Positions 18,504 through 28,820 of a stretch of 52,444 bases of DNA are shown here, one piece after another. Position 1 is the stretch's first letter. The number at the start of each line of letters is the position of its first letter. This DNA is from Pseudomonadota bacterium. Lineage in GTDB: Bacteria; Campylobacterota; Campylobacteria; Campylobacterales; Sulfurimonadaceae. The notes beneath the pieces are model-generated. The model saw only the letters and a list, made by a program, of their open reading frames with translations, was not told the DNA's origin and made no database searches. Location of the stretch: NCBI GenBank assembly GCA_043797085.1, contig JAZDQA010000003.1, positions 1 to 52,444 on the forward strand. Reading direction: 5' to 3'. Made by a program: the position numbers and the translations under genes.

Positions 18504-19586
18504 ATGACCAATCTAATTGCATTGCAACCCAATCGTCTTGTCCATTTTGAATCATTTGAAAAATATTTTGGAAATCGTATATTTAAAAACTTTCTCTTTT
18601 TTAGTTATATCGGGCTTTTTTTGACCGTTATCTATATTCCCTTTGACTACAATATACATGGAGCAACAAAGGAATTTTTATATATTCTTGGTGGTAGGCT
18701 GACAGCGGTATTTTTTGCTGTTATGGTTATTGTCTCCGTAATACATCCTTATTTTGAAAATCGACGTATTGAAGCAATCACAACATTTGGTACAATGGGA
18801 TTTAGTGCCGTTGCTCTGACTTATCTCTTATTTGGGAATCCGGTACATTTCGTCGGATATTCATGGATGTTTTACTTGACAGCGACGATCATGCTGACTC
18901 CGATGGTTACTAAAAAAATCTATTTTATTATGGAGAGTTTTCAAGTTCTTTTCGTCCTCTCTGTCATGGTGTTGATAGGAAAAAGCGATGAAGATATTGT
19001 GACGTATATCTTTTTTGCTTTACCGCTTGCCGGTTATGTTTTCGCCGTTATTGTTTTGAATCGTCGAAACGGTATCGAGGCGTATCAAAACGCTTTTGAA
19101 AACCATATTCTCATGTCGCTTGACGGACTTTCAAATCTTCTCAACCGCCGTACATGGTATGAGATATCCAGACGTCATTGGAATGATGACAAAGGAATAT
19201 CCTTTATTATGCTTGATATCGATCATTTTAAACGTGTAAACGATACCTATGGTCATGACTGCGGTGATCGTGTTATTGAGGCAATTTCTCGTGTTCTACT
19301 GGATGAAACAAGAGAACAGGATGTCGTAGGCAGGCTTGGGGGAGAAGAATTTGGGGTGATTTTACCTCAAGCCAATCTCGATGAAGCAAAAATAATTGCT
19401 GAGAGGATCAGAGGGAAGATAGAAGAAACTCCAATCATATATAATGGAAAAACGATTCGAGTGACGGCAAGTATCGGAGTTATTGAAAACGGTGCGTACA
19501 TTAGCGACTTTAATACCCTTGTCACACTGGGAGATAAAAACCTCTACAATGCTAAAGAGCAAGGGCGCAATCGGATTTGCTATTAG
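18504..19586 (+). CDS. Membrane-bound diguanylate cyclase
   Basis: About 5-6 TM helices, DIDHFKRVNDTYGH, RxxD I-site (REQD) and GGEEF. Confidence 0.93.
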   Translation: MTNLIALQPNRLVHFESFEKYFGNRIFKNFLFFSYIGLFLTVIYIPFDYNIHGATKEFLYILGGRLTAVFFAVMVIVSVIHPYFENRRIEAITTFGTMGFSAVALTYLLFGNPVHFVGYSWMFYLTATIMLTPMVTKKIYFIMESFQVLFVLSVMVLIGKSDEDIVTYIFFALPLAGYVFAVIVLNRRNGIEAYQNAFENHILMSLDGLSNLLNRRTWYEISRRHWNDDKGISFIMLDIDHFKRVNDTYGHDCGDRVIEAISRVLLDETREQDVVGRLGGEEFGVILPQANLDEAKIIAERIRGKIEETPIIYNGKTIRVTASIGVIENGAYISDFNTLVTLGDKNLYNAKEQGRNRICY

Positions 19587-19659
19587 AAAAGAAGCCTTTC
19601 ATACTTTTAATGCGCTGTCTATTGAAAAGAGTAAAAATACCCTATCAAAAATAATATAT

Positions 19660-21018
19660 TTATACGTCCCACGGCGCAGGTTTGCCGACGTTGGCGAATA
19701 CGGGATTTTTAAAGGCGTATTTCAAATCCTCCGCGAGGTTGAGCAATCCGCCGTATCCGCCGTAGCTTGTCTTTTTTTCCTGATTGACGTCGATAAACGA
19801 GATTTTTTTCTTGATCGCGGTGTAGAGGCTTCGACCACCTGCTAGGAGGATGTGCGCACCCGTTGAATCGATGATCTTTCCTTGCTCAGAAGCCGGTTTG
19901 GTCATGAGTACACCGTTTTCTCCCAAATATTCCCGCGCTTTGTCGATGTCATCCTGCGTCGATTTAGCCACACTGGTTGCCACTACTTCGATGCCTAAAT
20001 CCTGCAAGCCTGACGCAATCGACCATGCTTTGTTTCCACCTGTGTTGAGTACCGCTTTTTTCCCTGAGAACATTTCACGATAAGGGATAAGTGCCGTTTC
20101 AAGTTCTGCTTCGGCTTCGGCGATGACGACTTCAGCACGTGCCATGAGTTCAGGACATCCCAGTGCGGTGACGATTTCACGGATGGCGAACGTTGTATCG
20201 CGTTTACCGTAAAATGAGACTGAAATCCATGGGATACCGTATTGCTCTTGCATCTTGCGCGTGAGGGTGATGAGGGATTTGGCACATACGATGACATTGA
20301 GTTTTGCTCTGTGGGCGGTGCGAATGTCCCCTACTCGTCCATCCCCGCTCATGGAACTAAGAACTCGTAGTCCAATCTTTTCGAATATAGGAAGATATTG
20401 CCACATATCTCCCGTGACATTGTAATCCCCGATGAGATTTATATCATAGGGAGTGGTAAACTCAGGCTCTTTGGTACCGATAAGATGTTCCAGTACCGCT
20501 TCACCCGCGAGACGAGAACCTAGGTTCTTACTCCCCACAAATCCTGCGGCATGAACGGGGACAATGGGTACACCGTACTTTTCACTTCCCAATTTGCACG
20601 TCATGTCGATGTCATCCCCGACAAGCGCCGTCACACAGGTGGAATAAACGAAAATCGCTTCGGGTTTATAGTTTTCCATCACGTAATCTATCGATCCGGC
20701 AAGCCTTTTGTCCCCGCCAAAAATAACATCATTTGTCGTAATACCTGTCGTAAATCCCATTTGTGTATGATCGCGACCGGTATACGACGTTTTTGTCTCA
20801 CGGGTCTCCCATGATGCGCCTAGACACGTTTGGGGACCGTGGACGAGATGTACCGCATCAGCATAGGGGAAAAGGGAGATTTGAGCGCCATCAAAAGCGC
20901 ATCCGCCTGCAGCAAGTCCCGGTTTGGGCTTGTCACATCCCTCTCCCGGTTTTTTGTCTTTACTGTGAGAGCAGGCGCTCTCGTTCATAAGTTCTTTTAT
21001 TTTTGCGCGGCTGACCAT
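19660..21018 (-). CDS. nifE: Nitrogenase FeMo-cofactor scaffold subunit NifE
   Basis: GCAFDGAQI, HLVHGP..C.G.SW, YSTCV, NLIGDYN, SFYG and DVNQE motifs. Confidence 0.9.
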   Translation of the reverse strand: MVSRAKIKELMNESACSHSKDKKPGEGCDKPKPGLAAGGCAFDGAQISLFPYADAVHLVHGPQTCLGASWETRETKTSYTGRDHTQMGFTTGITTNDVIFGGDKRLAGSIDYVMENYKPEAIFVYSTCVTALVGDDIDMTCKLGSEKYGVPIVPVHAAGFVGSKNLGSRLAGEAVLEHLIGTKEPEFTTPYDINLIGDYNVTGDMWQYLPIFEKIGLRVLSSMSGDGRVGDIRTAHRAKLNVIVCAKSLITLTRKMQEQYGIPWISVSFYGKRDTTFAIREIVTALGCPELMARAEVVIAEAEAELETALIPYREMFSGKKAVLNTGGNKAWSIASGLQDLGIEVVATSVAKSTQDDIDKAREYLGENGVLMTKPASEQGKIIDSTGAHILLAGGRSLYTAIKKKISFIDVNQEKKTSYGGYGGLLNLAEDLKYAFKNPVFANVGKPAPWDV

Positions 21019-21052
21019 GGAAAACTCCTAGGGAGTGAATTACCGAGGTATA

Positions 21053-21068
21053 TGCAAGATTCGTGCTT
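21053..21068 (-). promoter_or_regulatory. Degenerate sigma-54 (-24/-12) promoter-like motif upstream of nifE
   Basis: Minus strand AAGCAC-GAATC-TTGCA versus consensus TGGCAC-N5-TTGCW; the conserved GG is AG. Confidence 0.4.
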
Positions 21069-23106
21069 AATAGCGATACGTCAGTGTTAAACGTGCTGAT
21101 CGAGGTTCACCCGGATGAACCATATGATCCGTCACGGATGTAGTTTCACTCGCTAATTTTGACTCATAATAATACTCGATGTCATACGTTTTACGGTCAA
21201 AGAGATTATAAATATCAACACTCACATCAATATTTTTCGTCAAATGTCGCCCTGCTTTTAGATTAACCAAAGTAGAGGGTTTCGAGCGCACCGAATTATC
21301 CTCCATAAGGGCACGACTTCCGAAATAACGCAGTCTCAATCCGCCAAAATACTCTTCATAATCAGTGATGGCGGCTCCTATCGATACCGTTTGCTCAATC
21401 GCTTCAGGGACATATTTTCCCCCTGAGGATGAGGGATCTTTATAGCGTGCACGCGAGATGGCGACATCAGCATCGAGGATAAACCAAGGTGTCGGAGTCC
21501 AGTAGTTCGCCCACTCTATCCCCATACGGCGTGATGGACCCGTAGGCTCCGTCCCTCCCGTGTCGCCAGCAAAAACAAGCTCTGAATCACTGTCCATCAT
21601 CCACAATGCTACCGAGGATTCCAAATGATCCACCGCGCGTGTTCTTACCCCAAACTCGCCCCCTTTGGTTCGTACCAGTGGTGTTGCTGAATCAACGGCA
21701 TGGGTTACACCACGGGCATCATTGCTGTGAAAGCCGTACCCACCATTAAGAAATAGTTCCGTATCTGCCCAAGGTGCAAAAATAAAACTTAGTTTCGGAC
21801 TGGCGATTGCAGCGGTTTTGACAGCCGTATCCGCAGGATTGACATCACTCGTCACATCAAAACGATACAAATCACCACGAATGCCTGCAATCATACGGAT
21901 ACTGTCACTGAGAGTCAGTTCGTTTTGGTAATAAAGTGCCGCATTCGTTTCATTGATCTTATCAGAAGTAATCGTATTAAATCGAACACGATTTTGAGTA
22001 TTATAAAGCCCAACACCACGGATAGCATCATGACGAAGTTGAAATCCATAAGACTGAACTGAGTTTATGCCTAGCATCGATCCTACCGATACATGTCCCA
22101 GACTTCCACCAAGGATAGTACGTGCATCTTTTTGTTCAAATTGATCTCCCTCTACTGGATGATCTAAATAGTACGTAAAGTTGGAAAACAAATCAAGCCC
22201 ATAATCGATTACATAAGCATTTGCACTCGTTACCCCGTTTTTATCACGATGGGTATATTCTCCTGATAAACTGTATCGATGGGTATTTCCTCCGTCACTG
22301 GGATCAAGAGAACCGTATGTCCCGATGATACCGCTATCGATTGCGCGAAGTGGAACATGATTCGTTGCATCCCAATCTCCCTTATACGCCATCGCCGTAA
22401 TCTTGTAGCTGTCACGACCTTCCTCTTTGGCATAGCTCACAACACCGTTTAGACGCTGGTACCCCTCTGGATGTTCCCAAGGACCGTCATTATGGAAATA
22501 TTCAAGCGCATACAAAAGCTTCCCACCATTGAGATCAAAAGAGTTGGCATTGAGCACACGTTTTTGATTAAAACTGCCTACGGTTACACTCGCCTCTGCT
22601 TCTGGTAGACTATCAGCATAATGGATATGGGCACTCCCTGTCGAAGCAAAATCTCCCTCTGTCGCATAATATGGTCCTTTTTTGTACATCACACTCGAAA
22701 TAAGTTCGGGAATCAAAAAATTGAGATCATTGTACCCTTGCCCATGAGCATGAGTAGGAAGATTGGTTGGCATACCCTCAATGGTTGTGAAAAAATCAGT
22801 CCCATGGTCAAGACTGAATCCACGTAAAAAATACTGATTGGCTTTACCGTCACCACTGTGCTGTGTGACAATGAGTCCTGGGACACTCTCTAGCACCTCA
22901 GCAGGTCGGAGTATCGGTCGGTTCGCTAACTGCCGTGCGGTCACGGTTCCCTCTGTTGCTGCATCGGTACTATATGAAGATTCAGCCTCACCTTTTACAC
23001 TTATAGGCAGGAGTGTCACATCTTTAAGCGTCTGCTCTCCTCCTGCGTACAACGTAGAGGTTAAAATTAGTCCAATCATAACTCCGCTTAACATCGGATG
23101 TCTCAT
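21067..23106 (-). CDS. TonB-dependent outer-membrane receptor, probably for nickel/cobalt
   Basis: Signal peptide, plug motif VPGLIVTQHSGDGKANQYFLRG..DHGTDF, C-terminal aromatic residue; divergent from nikR. Confidence 0.88.
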   Translation of the reverse strand: MRHPMLSGVMIGLILTSTLYAGGEQTLKDVTLLPISVKGEAESSYSTDAATEGTVTARQLANRPILRPAEVLESVPGLIVTQHSGDGKANQYFLRGFSLDHGTDFFTTIEGMPTNLPTHAHGQGYNDLNFLIPELISSVMYKKGPYYATEGDFASTGSAHIHYADSLPEAEASVTVGSFNQKRVLNANSFDLNGGKLLYALEYFHNDGPWEHPEGYQRLNGVVSYAKEEGRDSYKITAMAYKGDWDATNHVPLRAIDSGIIGTYGSLDPSDGGNTHRYSLSGEYTHRDKNGVTSANAYVIDYGLDLFSNFTYYLDHPVEGDQFEQKDARTILGGSLGHVSVGSMLGINSVQSYGFQLRHDAIRGVGLYNTQNRVRFNTITSDKINETNAALYYQNELTLSDSIRMIAGIRGDLYRFDVTSDVNPADTAVKTAAIASPKLSFIFAPWADTELFLNGGYGFHSNDARGVTHAVDSATPLVRTKGGEFGVRTRAVDHLESSVALWMMDSDSELVFAGDTGGTEPTGPSRRMGIEWANYWTPTPWFILDADVAISRARYKDPSSSGGKYVPEAIEQTVSIGAAITDYEEYFGGLRLRYFGSRALMEDNSVRSKPSTLVNLKAGRHLTKNIDVSVDIYNLFDRKTYDIEYYYESKLASETTSVTDHMVHPGEPRSARLTLTYRY

Positions 23107-23128
23107 TTTTGCTCCTAAAATAGAACAG

Positions 23129-23153
23129 TATTATTTTTTTAGATTTAGTATTA
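23129..23153. promoter_or_regulatory. Putative NikR operator
   Basis: TATTA-N15-TATTA fits the H. pylori NikR consensus TRWYA-N15-TRWYA; lies between the receptor gene and nikR. Confidence 0.6.
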
Positions 23154-23273
23154 TCGTTATATAGTTTAAAGATAGCCTTAAATTGAATGGATATTCATTT
23201 ACGCTTTGTAGTTATTCGTGTTGCAGATGAAATTTTGGATAAAATTGTAAAAATATTTCGATAGGATTTTTCA

Positions 23274-23687
23274 ATGGCAAGCGACGCAATCATCCGTTTT
23301 AGTATCTCTCTTCCCGAAGATCTTTTAATATCATTGGACAATCAAATTATTAATCAGGGGTATGTTTCACGATCTGAATTTATGAGGGATCTCATTCGTG
23401 AACAATTGGTAGAAGATCGCTGGAACAGCAGTGACGAAACGGTAATCGGTGTACTAACACTCATTTATGATCATCATCAACGTGATCTTTTGCAAAAAAT
23501 GACCGATTTACAACACGATAATGAGGCACAGATACTTTGTAATACCCATGTCCATATTGACCATCACAACTGCCTTGAGACAATCATGATAAAAGGGACA
23601 CCCGCACAAGTCGAAGGGGTTGCAAGTAAAATCAGCGGGCTAAAAGGGATTAATTTTTCTAAGCTAACTAAAACTGCCTCTTTTTAA
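23274..23687 (+). CDS. nikR: Nickel-responsive regulator NikR
   Basis: RFSISL ribbon-helix-helix, SRSE..RDLIR, YDHH and [11 protein letters not shown]i site. Confidence 0.95.
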   Translation: MASDAIIRFSISLPEDLLISLDNQIINQGYVSRSEFMRDLIREQLVEDRWNSSDETVIGVLTLIYDHHQRDLLQKMTDLQHDNEAQILCNTHVHIDHHNCLETIMIKGTPAQVEGVASKISGLKGINFSKLTKTASF

Positions 23688-24577
23688 TGATCATATTTAA
23701 TACACCCCTCACCAACACGCATCGCGGTATTTTGCTTATGCTTGCCGCTTCTTTTTTGTTTGCCCTTACCATGCTCTTTGCCAAACTCCTCTCAGCGCAC
23801 ATGGGTCCCGTTGAAGTGACATTTTGGCGCAATGCGATAGGTCTGCTTGTAATAGTGGTTTTTATTGTACGTAAACCTATTCAGAATGTCGGTGGTCGTC
23901 CCTATACGCTGATCTTTCGAGGGATTATAGGAACGATTGCTCTGCTGACATTTTTCTATACCATCAGTGCTACTTCTCTCTCAAATGCCATCGTCTATGC
24001 CAAAACAGAACCCATTTTTACTGCAATTCTCGCATTCATTTTACTCGGTGAAAAACTGAGACTTCGTGCCGTATTCGCTATTATTATAGGATTTACAGGG
24101 GTAACATTATTGAGTGGGTTTCATATTGATTATTTGCATATTATGGGATTATTGACAGGATTTTTATCCGCACTTGCCTATACCAGCGTGAGAAGTCTTA
24201 AAGCCTATTATGATGAACGTACAGTTGTACTCTCCTTTATGTTCTTTGGGGTCATCATCCCATTAGGGCTTATGATCTATACAGAATTTTTTACATCAAC
24301 GCTTTTTGCCTTTATTCTTAGTCCATTTGTCATCCCTAATGGCATCGACTGGATATGGATAGCACTAATGGGAGGAGCGGCGGCATTTGGACAGCTGTAC
24401 ATGACGCGAGCGTATTTTTATGCAAAAGCAGGATTAGTGAGCACCATCAGCTACAGTGTCGTGCTGTTTGCTTCACTTTTTGGAATATTATTAGGCGATG
24501 TATTGCCAACCCCGATGGTAATAGCAGGTGCTTTGTTGATTGTCGCAAGCGGTATACTTCTCTCACGAATCAAATAA
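23687..24577 (+). CDS. DMT/EamA family transporter
   Basis: About 10 TM helices, PIFTAILAFILLGEK motif; 1-bp overlap with nikR. Confidence 0.88.
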   Translation: MIIFNTPLTNTHRGILLMLAASFLFALTMLFAKLLSAHMGPVEVTFWRNAIGLLVIVVFIVRKPIQNVGGRPYTLIFRGIIGTIALLTFFYTISATSLSNAIVYAKTEPIFTAILAFILLGEKLRLRAVFAIIIGFTGVTLLSGFHIDYLHIMGLLTGFLSALAYTSVRSLKAYYDERTVVLSFMFFGVIIPLGLMIYTEFFTSTLFAFILSPFVIPNGIDWIWIALMGGAAAFGQLYMTRAYFYAKAGLVSTISYSVVLFASLFGILLGDVLPTPMVIAGALLIVASGILLSRIK

Positions 24578-24578
24578 C

Positions 24579-24842
24579 TTACAGCTTGCCTTTAAACTTA
24601 TCGGCAATACTATCTCCCAACTGATCGATGGGTCGTTCGCTTTTATCTGCCCATCCTGTGGGATGATCACTCTCTTTGGGATGGTTTTGCTCTACATCAT
24701 TGACGACGGGTTCAGTTACCGCTTCTTCAACCGTAGCATTGGTTTCACCATCAGGTTCAGACGGTAAAGAATCGAGATAAAAGGCCTTAAATAAAATAAA
24801 AATAAAAATAAAAATAATCACATAAATAAAACGCTGCATCAA
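24579..24842 (-). CDS. Small membrane-anchored hypothetical protein
   Basis: RBS ggag, N-terminal TM helix, acidic tail. Confidence 0.65.
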   Translation of the reverse strand: MMQRFIYVIIFIFIFILFKAFYLDSLPSEPDGETNATVEEAVTEPVVNDVEQNHPKESDHPTGWADKSERPIDQLGDSIADKFKGKL

Positions 24843-24877
24843 TACTCCTATCGGTTAGTAAAAGAGTATGATAGCAT

Positions 24878-25708
24878 TTATACTATTTTTTGTTCGTAAA
24901 TACGTACTTCACGTTGGGGATAGGGAATGGTTAGATTGGCTTCACCCAGTGCTTTGTAAACTGCCAGATTAACGGCGTACTGTACTTTAAAAAAACTTCT
25001 CGTCGGAATCCAGTACCGCATCCCAATTTCAACTGCATTATCTCCAAATTTTTCTATCCCGATAATGGACTTATTCTCACTGGAAACATTGTCAAAATTA
25101 TCGATGACATTTCGGATAATTTCAATCGCTTTTTCGATGTCATCGTCATAAGAAATACCTACGCGGGCTTCAACAATCCGATATTTAAACGAGTTGACGA
25201 GTACCTCTCCAATCATGTTTTTATTGGGAACGGTTATAAGTTCTTCATCTTCGGTTCGAAGGGTTGTATAGGCAAGTTTTATCTCTTCGACTTCCCCGTA
25301 AATTTTGTTCACCAAAATCGTATCCCCGATCTTGAAGGGACGACTGATAATCAGCGAAATTCCCGCTGCAAAGTTAGCAACACTTCCCTGTATCGCCAAA
25401 CCTGCTGTCAAGAAAATCGCACCCACAGCAGCAATAAAAGGTGCGATTGAGATACCAAGCTTACCAATAGCGACGATAATCATCGCCCCTAAAATCAATA
25501 TTCGTACTCCATTGGCAGCAAATCGGCTCAACGTCACATCAAAATCATGCTTAGTAAAAAATTTCAATAATAGATTGAAAATATACTTCGAGAGAAACCA
25601 TCCGATAACAACGATGATGAGGGCACCAATGATTTGAAAACTGTAATTGGCTAAAAACTCTATCGCCTGATTGTAAAATTGTTGAACATAATGGAGTTCT
25701 TGATCCAT
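24878..25708 (-). CDS. mscS: Small-conductance mechanosensitive channel
   Basis: GLAIQGSVANFAAG..RPFKIGD, VPN, GISYDDD, IPYPQR motifs. Confidence 0.92.
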   Translation of the reverse strand: MDQELHYVQQFYNQAIEFLANYSFQIIGALIIVVIGWFLSKYIFNLLLKFFTKHDFDVTLSRFAANGVRILILGAMIIVAIGKLGISIAPFIAAVGAIFLTAGLAIQGSVANFAAGISLIISRPFKIGDTILVNKIYGEVEEIKLAYTTLRTEDEELITVPNKNMIGEVLVNSFKYRIVEARVGISYDDDIEKAIEIIRNVIDNFDNVSSENKSIIGIEKFGDNAVEIGMRYWIPTRSFFKVQYAVNLAVYKALGEANLTIPYPQREVRIYEQKIV

Positions 25709-25771
25709 GATACATCTCCCTAAATCTTTATCGTACTATTAAAAACGTATTATGCCGTATCTCTCGTTTAG

Positions 25772-26893
25772 TTAAAACGTCACTTTGAAATTCAAATAGT
25801 ACGTCTGTCCCAATGGACCAAATTCGCTGTCGTTTTTTCCGCCGTAGAACATCGCTCCAATCCCCAATGTCATATCATCATCCAACGAATAACGAAATAC
25901 AGGTCCTGTATAAAAACTTCCATCATCTGCACTTATGATGGTTGAGAGCGTCCCATAAAGAAGCGGATCAAACTGATACCCACAACTTAGCCCGAGATAA
26001 TCACCCGCACGTACCAGATTACTCGAAGCGCCCGAGGCAGTTCCAAGTTGCAGTTCATGATCAAAGGTTCGTGACGTATGCAGCCACTCTCCGATGAGCA
26101 TCAAGGAGTTTTCAAACGCATAATCAGCACCGATCAGTCCCTGAAAAAACTTTTTCTGAAGCAGTTTATCATCAAACCATCCCCCTTCCGAGCGCAGTTC
26201 AATCCCGCTGTTTAGTAACTCCCCTTCGAGTTCATAACCGATCATTGTTACATCGTCCGCACTGACGATATCGAGCGCCGCATCAGCAAATCCAAGATAC
26301 CCTTTTACTCGTCCGGCATATTTGAAACTCTTGTCGGCTCTCTGGGCAGCGACGGCGGTAATTTGACTCAGACTGCTGGGAGAATACGAATAAGCCAGTG
26401 CAAATACTCCGTACATTTCATCGGGTTCGAGAGCGAGGGGATTTTTCGGATTAAACAAATCGGTGGGATTCCAAATACGCCCTACTCCCATACTCACCTT
26501 TTGCAGACCTATAGATACGCGTTGTTTCTCATCGGTATATCCTCCGTAAAGGCGGTAAAGCTGGGCATACATCTGCCCATCATGGTAATCATAGGTACCG
26601 CTTTGGGTAGAGAAAGGGGTGTCGGATCGGATCATGCTTGCTGATTTATAAGAGATACTGTTGATCATATCGTATCCCAAAATATTTTTGATGTCACCGA
26701 TTGCCGTTGCAAACCAATTGCCTTCACGGAGATTTTCTGTGAGACGAAATCGGTTGATATTGTAAAGTTCCTGATTGCCCGTGCCATTAAGCGGCGAAGA
26801 GAGGGTAAAGTTGCTGTTTTCAAAGGTCGTCTCATACTCTACTGCATTGATACTTAACATCAAAAGAACTGCAACCAATATTTTTCTCATCAT
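25772..26893 (-). CDS. Outer-membrane beta-barrel protein of a LolA-like/ABC operon
   Basis: Signal peptide, GLQKVSMGVGRIWNPTD motif, C-terminal YYLNFKVTF. Confidence 0.7.
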   Translation of the reverse strand: MMRKILVAVLLMLSINAVEYETTFENSNFTLSSPLNGTGNQELYNINRFRLTENLREGNWFATAIGDIKNILGYDMINSISYKSASMIRSDTPFSTQSGTYDYHDGQMYAQLYRLYGGYTDEKQRVSIGLQKVSMGVGRIWNPTDLFNPKNPLALEPDEMYGVFALAYSYSPSSLSQITAVAAQRADKSFKYAGRVKGYLGFADAALDIVSADDVTMIGYELEGELLNSGIELRSEGGWFDDKLLQKKFFQGLIGADYAFENSLMLIGEWLHTSRTFDHELQLGTASGASSNLVRAGDYLGLSCGYQFDPLLYGTLSTIISADDGSFYTGPVFRYSLDDDMTLGIGAMFYGGKNDSEFGPLGQTYYLNFKVTF

Positions 26894-27579
26894 GACCGTA
26901 GAGTGTCCTCGATAATCTCACCGTCACGCAGAACAATCGAGCGGCGCGCTTTTGAAATCACCATCGGATCGTGCGAGGAGAAGATGATGGTCACTTTTTC
27001 CTCTTCATTCAACCGTCGCATCAGTTCCATCAACTTCTCACCGTTTGCAGTATCCAGATTCGCCGTCGGTTCATCGGCGAGGATAAGTTTGGGCTTGCTT
27101 GCCACTGCCCGTGCTACTGCGACACGCTGCTGCTGTCCGCCGCTTAAATGGTCGGGAAGTTTGTTCAAATAAGCATCAATATCAAGCTCACGTGCCACCT
27201 CCAATACCCGCGCGTCGCACTCGCTTTGTGACATCCCCATAAGACGCATCACATACTCAATGTTCTCTTTTACGCTCAAAACCGGAATCAGATTGTACGC
27301 CTGAAAGACAAATCCGATGTTCTCTCTGCGAAACAGCGCCAAATCGTTTTCACCAAGTGCCGTAATCACCGTCCCCTCCAGTTCTACCGTTCCCTCACTT
27401 GGAGTATCAAGCCCGCCAATGATATTAAGAAGTGTACTCTTGCCGCTTCCGCTTGGACCGGAGATGACGATAAACTCCTCTTTTCCGATGGAGAGATCGA
27501 TCCCGTTTAGTGCATTGCTCTGGCTTTGGGAACCTTCATTGAATACTTTTTTCACATTGTGTACAGTTAAAAAATTCAT
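26890..27579 (-). CDS. ABC transporter ATP-binding protein (LolD/MacB-like)
   Basis: GPSGSGKS, LSGGQQQRV, LADEPT, SHD. Confidence 0.95.
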   Translation of the reverse strand: MNFLTVHNVKKVFNEGSQSQSNALNGIDLSIGKEEFIVISGPSGSGKSTLLNIIGGLDTPSEGTVELEGTVITALGENDLALFRRENIGFVFQAYNLIPVLSVKENIEYVMRLMGMSQSECDARVLEVARELDIDAYLNKLPDHLSGGQQQRVAVARAVASKPKLILADEPTANLDTANGEKLMELMRRLNEEEKVTIIFSSHDPMVISKARRSIVLRDGEIIEDTLRS

Positions 27580-28820
27580 GTTACAGTCTCACTAATGGAT
27601 TGGATGGGGTTACGCTTTTTGAGAGTACGAATCGGAATGATCGTCGCCGCCAATGTCGCCACTAAAACGCTCAAAAAAGCACTGGTAAAATATTCTATCT
27701 TAAGAAGCGCGTGAATACTCGAATCCATCCCGAAAATCGCAAAGGCATCACTCAATCCGGAAAGATCAAGACCATACTGCTTGAAATACCACAACAAAGC
27801 TCCGCCTATGAGCGCCCCAACGATATATCCGCTCATCGTGATAACCAGTGATTCGTAGATAATGAGGCGTGCAATGTCACGAAATTGTGTTCCTATCGCC
27901 ATCATAATCCCAAACTCCCGCACCCGCTCCAGTACCGATACGAGGACAACACCGAAAATACCCAACGTCGCAACGATAAAAATAAACGCGGAACTAATAC
28001 GGCTATACGTCTGCATCATCGCTTCCCCCTCATGCAAAGAGGGATAGAGCTCTTTGTAGGTATAGACGGTGATATTTGTATCATCGAGTTTCGACGTAAG
28101 GGAGCGTTTTACCATCCCGTCGTTATCTTGATCATTGAGCAATACAGCGATCTCCGTTGCCCCAACGATGCCCGTGAGAGTATGTAGCCTGCCGATGTCC
28201 ATCAGCAATCCGTTACTGTCAATCGCCATATTGTTCGTTTTTAGTATTCCCTCTACTTTCAAGGCGACGGAGACCACTTCATTGTGGGTATCTTGCATTG
28301 TGACAATCACCTTTTTACCGATATCGACCTTGAGTTTACGTGCTAAACGATAGCCGATGAGTGCTCCGCGCTGACGCTTGCCAAAACGGTATTCCCCTTT
28401 GATAATAAAATTTTCCAGCTGTGCATGTGATGCTTCGTCTTCCAAGTCGATTCCCGTAACATTGACCCCTTGCGAATAGCCGGCTGTGGCGATAAGACCG
28501 CGCTGACTTAAACGAGTCACATAACTACGAATCCCCTCTTGAGCGTCCAATACTTCCGTGATCTTCTGAGGCTTGGCTATATGGTACTTGATATTGTTAT
28601 CTGAACGGAACTCTTTGTGCTGAATAGAAACGGTTCCACTCCCCGTTTTAATCGAGTTTTGGGTGATCTGCACCATCATCCCCTCGTACATCCCCTCCAT
28701 CAGCAACAATCCGATCAGCGATATCGCAATCATAATGGAGATCAAAGCGGCGCGCCCTTTGCGGCGGACGATATGAAGAAGTGCCATTTTAAAATAAAGC
28801 ATTTCGGTGTGACTAAACAT
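27576..28820 (-). CDS. FtsX/LolE-like ABC permease
   Basis: 1 TM + periplasmic domain + 3 TM; ERVREFGIMMAIG motif. Confidence 0.9.
   Translation of the reverse strand: MFSHTEMLYFKMALLHIVRRKGRAALISIMIAISLIGLLLMEGMYEGMMVQITQNSIKTGSGTVSIQHKEFRSDNNIKYHIAKPQKITEVLDAQEGIRSYVTRLSQRGLIATAGYSQGVNVTGIDLEDEASHAQLENFIIKGEYRFGKRQRGALIGYRLARKLKVDIGKKVIVTMQDTHNEVVSVALKVEGILKTNNMAIDSNGLLMDIGRLHTLTGIVGATEIAVLLNDQDNDGMVKRSLTSKLDDTNITVYTYKELYPSLHEGEAMMQTYSRISSAFIFIVATLGIFGVVLVSVLERVREFGIMMAIGTQFRDIARLIIYESLVITMSGYIVGALIGGALLWYFKQYGLDLSGLSDAFAIFGMDSSIHALLKIEYFTSAFLSVLVATLAATIIPIRTLKKRNPIQSISETVT

Noticed and set aside
19660..21018. NifD or a nickel-tetrapyrrole reductase (CfbD-like), suggested by the nikR context
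   Set aside because: Motifs (GCAFDGAQI, SW, DVNQE, no obvious FeMo-co His ligand motif) fit NifE best.
24790..24817. Phase-variable simple repeat (ATAAAA)n
   Set aside because: A short hexamer repeat that preserves frame and simply encodes IFIFIF in a TM helix.
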